Assembly: GCA_048885525.1 (NCBI GenBank)
Contig: JBHLLP010000014.1
Coordinates: 1 to 64,000, forward strand
Length of the DNA stretch: 64,000 nt
From: Candidatus Hermodarchaeota archaeon
GTDB lineage: Archaea; Asgardarchaeota; Lokiarchaeia; Sigyniarchaeales; SOKP01
Direction: 5' to 3'
Shown: positions 60,842 through 64,000 of the stretch, in pieces
Position numbering within the stretch: the stretch's first letter is position 1
Layout: every line of letters starts with the position of its first letter
Notes under the pieces: model-generated
What the model was told of the DNA's origin: nothing
Database searches by the model: none
Seen by the model: the letters and a program-made list of their open reading frames with translations, nothing else
Translations under genes and position numbers: made by a program

Positions 60842-61735
60842 ATGTCAGATGAATATAAGAGAAATAATAATGATAAAGAAAAGGAAAAAAAACCTTTTTC
60901 AGCACCATCGATGCCTCCACCAACAATAACACCCCTTACACCCCCTCCTTCAATGCCAGCTCCAACAGCTACGCCCCCTGCGGCCCCTTCCCCTCTTACA
61001 ACTCCTCCAATCCCCCCACCTATAAGTAAACCTATTCCTTCTCCTATAACTGATTCCACACCTTCAATTTCAATAACCCCTTTACAAGAGGAATATGATT
61101 CAGTTAGAATACAACTCCAAGAAAAGGATTCTATAATAAATCAATTACAATCTCAAATTAATGATTTCAATACTCAAAATTCACAATTAAATGCGGTAAT
61201 TCGAGAAAAAGAAAGCCAAATGAATCGAATAACAAATCAATTACAATCACTTCAGAGTTCAACCGAAGCTTATCAACAACAGGTTAAACAATTAACAGAT
61301 GAAAATTCTCAACTAAAAGCTCATATTCCTGGATTACAACAACAAGTTCAAGAACTTCAACAACATAATTCTATGTTACAACAACAAATTGGACCATTAC
61401 AGGCACAGATTACTAAATTGCAGGAAGAAGTTATATATAAAGAAAAACGAATTGAAGAATTAAAAGAACCTAAAGCTGTAATGCCTTCAAGTTTAGCACA
61501 AGGTATAACAGATCAAACAACAAGCTATATTACTAGCTCAACTTTAACCCCTACAACAACATCTACACCAAGCCCATCTGTTGGAACAGGATCTGGAAGA
61601 AGAATTTGCCCCAATTGTGGTGCAAGTGGGTTTGCTGTAAAAGAAGTTGAAGATAAAACACGAATAATCAGCTACATTCCAAAACCTATTTATGCAAAAA
61701 AGCTGGTATGTACTAAATGCGGCTTTGAATTCTAA
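60842..61735 (+). CDS. proline-rich / coiled-coil / C4 zinc-ribbon protein
   Basis: Pro-rich N-terminus, Gln-rich heptads, CPNC...CTKC. Confidence 0.7.
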   Translation: MSDEYKRNNNDKEKEKKPFSAPSMPPPTITPLTPPPSMPAPTATPPAAPSPLTTPPIPPPISKPIPSPITDSTPSISITPLQEEYDSVRIQLQEKDSIINQLQSQINDFNTQNSQLNAVIREKESQMNRITNQLQSLQSSTEAYQQQVKQLTDENSQLKAHIPGLQQQVQELQQHNSMLQQQIGPLQAQITKLQEEVIYKEKRIEELKEPKAVMPSSLAQGITDQTTSYITSSTLTPTTTSTPSPSVGTGSGRRICPNCGASGFAVKEVEDKTRIISYIPKPIYAKKLVCTKCGFEF

Positions 61736-61800
61736 TGTATTCATTTTTGCTTTTAAACCATTAGGGTATTCTTTAATTCTTTTTTGAGATAGTTTATTTT

Positions 61801-61827
61801 ATAGCTACTTCAATTGAGCTATTTTTT
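61801..61827 (+). terminator. possible terminator (short hairpin plus T tract)
   Basis: ATAGCT-N10-AGCTAT followed by TTTTT, downstream of the 60842..61735 ORF. Confidence 0.3.
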
Positions 61828-61985
61828 AAAAGTTACTAACAACAATCTACAATAAAATTCTTTACAATATCTTTTTTAAAGAAACTAACAACTTAAAATA
61901 GTATGTGGAAAATTATAAATATAATAATTTCAATTAATATTCTAAACTCTTTTTTGAAAAAAAAAACGGTTTATTTTGATATCCT

Positions 61986-64000
61986 ATGTCTGAATTAAGA
62001 GAGGAATTATTAGGCGGCGGTATTAATAAAAAAAGAGTAATTGGAACAGTTTTAGTAGCAGTAATTTTAATCAGTATTTTTGCGTTCTCAACAGTTTTTT
62101 TTAATTTGCTTTTTGGTTCTCAAAGACCGTTCCCTAGCAAGGAGAAAGCAAAAGCTGAAGAAGAAGATCCAGAATTAATTAAACCCCCTTTTCCTTTTGA
62201 TGAAGATTTTTTTCAAGATTTATTTGATGATTTGACTCCAGAACAATTGCAGGAACTAATGGATATGCTACCAGACATGTTAGATGGTAATATTGATGAT
62301 CTTGATCTAAATGATTTTTCAGAAGCTCTCTTGGCACTATTAGGATCTCTAGCTGCTGAGAAAGAGATTTTTAGGGTTTATGATTATCAACTATTCATAG
62401 ATATGGCAACTAAATTATGGAGATATGAATGTTTTGATGAATATACTGGGGAAAGTTGGCACTCAACAGCAGCTAGTAGTGTATTTGATTTCATCAGTTA
62501 TGGTGAGTATTTATCACAGTATTCCTCTTGTGATATAATAACCATTAAAATGCCACTTACTCCTAATTTGGGTGCGAATTCCATGGTGATCCCTTCATTT
62601 TTTCCAACTCCTTTTATTATGGATGGAAGTGTTTATGCAGAAAATTTAGATCTAGGATCTGTTAATCTAGAGAAGACTGATTTTAACTGCACCACAATAG
62701 ATCTTCAATTTTTTCAAGAAGATCCTGTTAATCTGACATATGAGTTATTTGGATTAGATTTACCAAGTAATAATGAGATTAATAATAGTGCTGTTCAGGC
62801 ACAATACACTCCGGTTTTCATAAAAAATAAATATTTAAAATTACCATTCGGGATACAAAATTATATCAATAATTACCCAAATATCAAAACTCACTATGAT
62901 GCTTTAGATTTGATTATTGGAGATACAGATAATACTTTTGAGGTTGCTAATAAAATAAGAGGTTATCTTCAATATAATTTCCTATCACCTTTAACAGGAA
63001 TGGATATTTTCAGCTACAATGCGGCTCCAGAAGGAAGAGATATTGTGGATTATTTCTGCGAGCAAGGAGAAGGTCTTTGGTCAGATTTTGCTACTGCATT
63101 TTGTGTATTTGCTAGAGCTTTTAATGTTTCAAGTCGTTTTGTGGATGGTTTCAATAGTTTCGGTATTGAAGAAGGTTTTGATACACAAGAGGGTAAGGAC
63201 TATTTTGCAATTAAGTATTTAAATTTATACAGTTGGGCTGAAATTTATGTTCCAACCGATGTTTCTGGAAATGGTAATTGGGTTCAAATTGATGTTTTTG
63301 AAGCGATCCCTTATACCCCTTTTACATCTGAATTTAATATTAGTGTTTCAGCTGATCAACTATCTTATTCTCGACCAGATGTGGCAAATATTACTGCTAT
63401 ATTAACTTCAACTAACAGCTCCGTAAACGGTAGAACAATAACTTTCAATGATTATACTACCGGGCAACTAATCGGCCAATCCATTACAGATTCAAATGGT
63501 GAAGCGTCGATTCTTGTAAATATTAATAATTCTCAAGTTGTAGGACCACATATTATTGAGGCAGCATATGGTTTATCTGCAGTTAATTACACATTATTTA
63601 CTGTCTTAGGTCCTATTGAAGTCAATCTTAATAGTGTTAATCCCACCGAGGTTAACATATCTGACGCTATTCTTCCAGATAGTACCGATATTCAAGGTTA
63701 TGTATATGATCCAATCAGCGGATTAAGAGTTGAGAGTGCAGAGGTTAATTTCATTTTATTTCAGAAAGGTACAAACATTGAAGTACCAACCGCATTTAAT
63801 CCTGCAGCTAGAAATACAGATGTTAACGGGGATTTTGATGGAATATTGAATTTAGAACCTTCGGTCTCATCAGGATTATACGAAATAAGAGTAGATTTTA
63901 ACGGAACTTGGTGGATTGATACGCCTTATTTTAATTTTCCATTTACACCTATCCCACTTATTACTGATTCGAGCAATAGATTAGAGTTTAATGTGACTGA
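61986..64000 (+). CDS. membrane-anchored transglutaminase-like (TgpA-type) surface protein with Ig-like domains; runs off the window edge
   Basis: Not in the ORF track. Segments translated by hand from ATG 61986: N-terminal TM, LWRYECFDEYTG, DYFCEQGEGLWSDFATAF...ARAFNVSSRFVDGF, YSWAEIY, GNWVQID, then TDSNG-type Ig-like segments. Confidence 0.8.
   Translation, partial: MSELREELLGGGINKKRVIGTVLVAVILISIFAFSTVFFNLLFGSQRPFPSKEKAKAEEEDPELIKPPFPFDEDFFQDLFDDLTPEQLQELMDMLPDMLDGNIDDLDLNDFSEALLALLGSLAAEKEIFRVYDYQLFIDMATKLWRYECFDEYTGESWHSTAASSVFDFISYGEYLSQYSSCDIITIKMPLTPNLGANSMVIPSFFPTPFIMDGSVYAENLDLGSVNLEKTDFNCTTIDLQFFQEDPVNLTYELFGLDLPSNNEINNSAVQAQYTPVFIKNKYLKLPFGIQNYINNYPNIKTHYDALDLIIGDTDNTFEVANKIRGYLQYNFLSPLTGMDIFSYNAAPEGRDIVDYFCEQGEGLWSDFATAFCVFARAFNVSSRFVDGFNSFGIEEGFDTQEGKDYFAIKYLNLYSWAEIYVPTDVSGNGNWVQIDVFEAIPYTPFTSEFNISVSADQLSYSRPDVANITAILTSTNSSVNGRTITFNDYTTGQLIGQSITDSNGEASILVNINNSQVVGPHIIEAAYGLSAVNYTLFTVLGPIEVNLNSVNPTEVNISDAILPDSTDIQGYVYDPISGLRVESAEVNFILFQKGTNIEVPTAFNPAARNTDVNGDFDGILNLEPSVSSGLYEIRVDFNGTWWIDTPYFNFPFTPIPLITDSSNRLEFNVT

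Noticed and set aside
63019-63222. 67-aa plus-strand ORF
   Set aside because: Out-of-frame overlap within the transglutaminase-like gene

Overview
AT-rich archaeal chromosome segment, most likely Asgard (Lokiarchaeia/Promethearchaeia). The assignment is inferred from the gene set: Rag-like and Rab-like GTPases, roadblock, longin and EMC6-like proteins alongside archaeal core genes. Housekeeping content includes RNase P Rpp30 and Pop5, RqcH, PyrI, PyrE, TrpB2, ValS, CoaBC, topoisomerase VI A and B, SMC-ScpA-ScpB, a Cdc6/Orc1-like protein, GINS, MCM, EndoQ, an HDAC, a glycyl radical enzyme, an orphan DNA methyltransferase and a MoxR-VWA pair. Several elements are missing from the ORF track: a partial DUF39/ferredoxin gene at the left edge, a partial transglutaminase-like gene at the right edge, tRNA-Ala(CGC) with a 32/33 intron, and a box C/D sRNA predicted to guide 23S Gm2251. 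The best candidate for an undescribed system is a 16-codon Trp-rich leader peptide (MATVRRINWQWPWQWQ) with an overlapping hairpin and a U-tract upstream of trpB2, resembling ribosome-dependent Trp attenuation in an archaeon. Other highlights are an SMC whose canonical hinge is replaced by a duplicated helical apex and whose arms are periodic, and a folliculin/SMCR8-like longin protein with the arginine-finger motif near a Rag-like GTPase. No CRISPR array, rRNA or transposase was seen. All calls were made by eye, without database searches.
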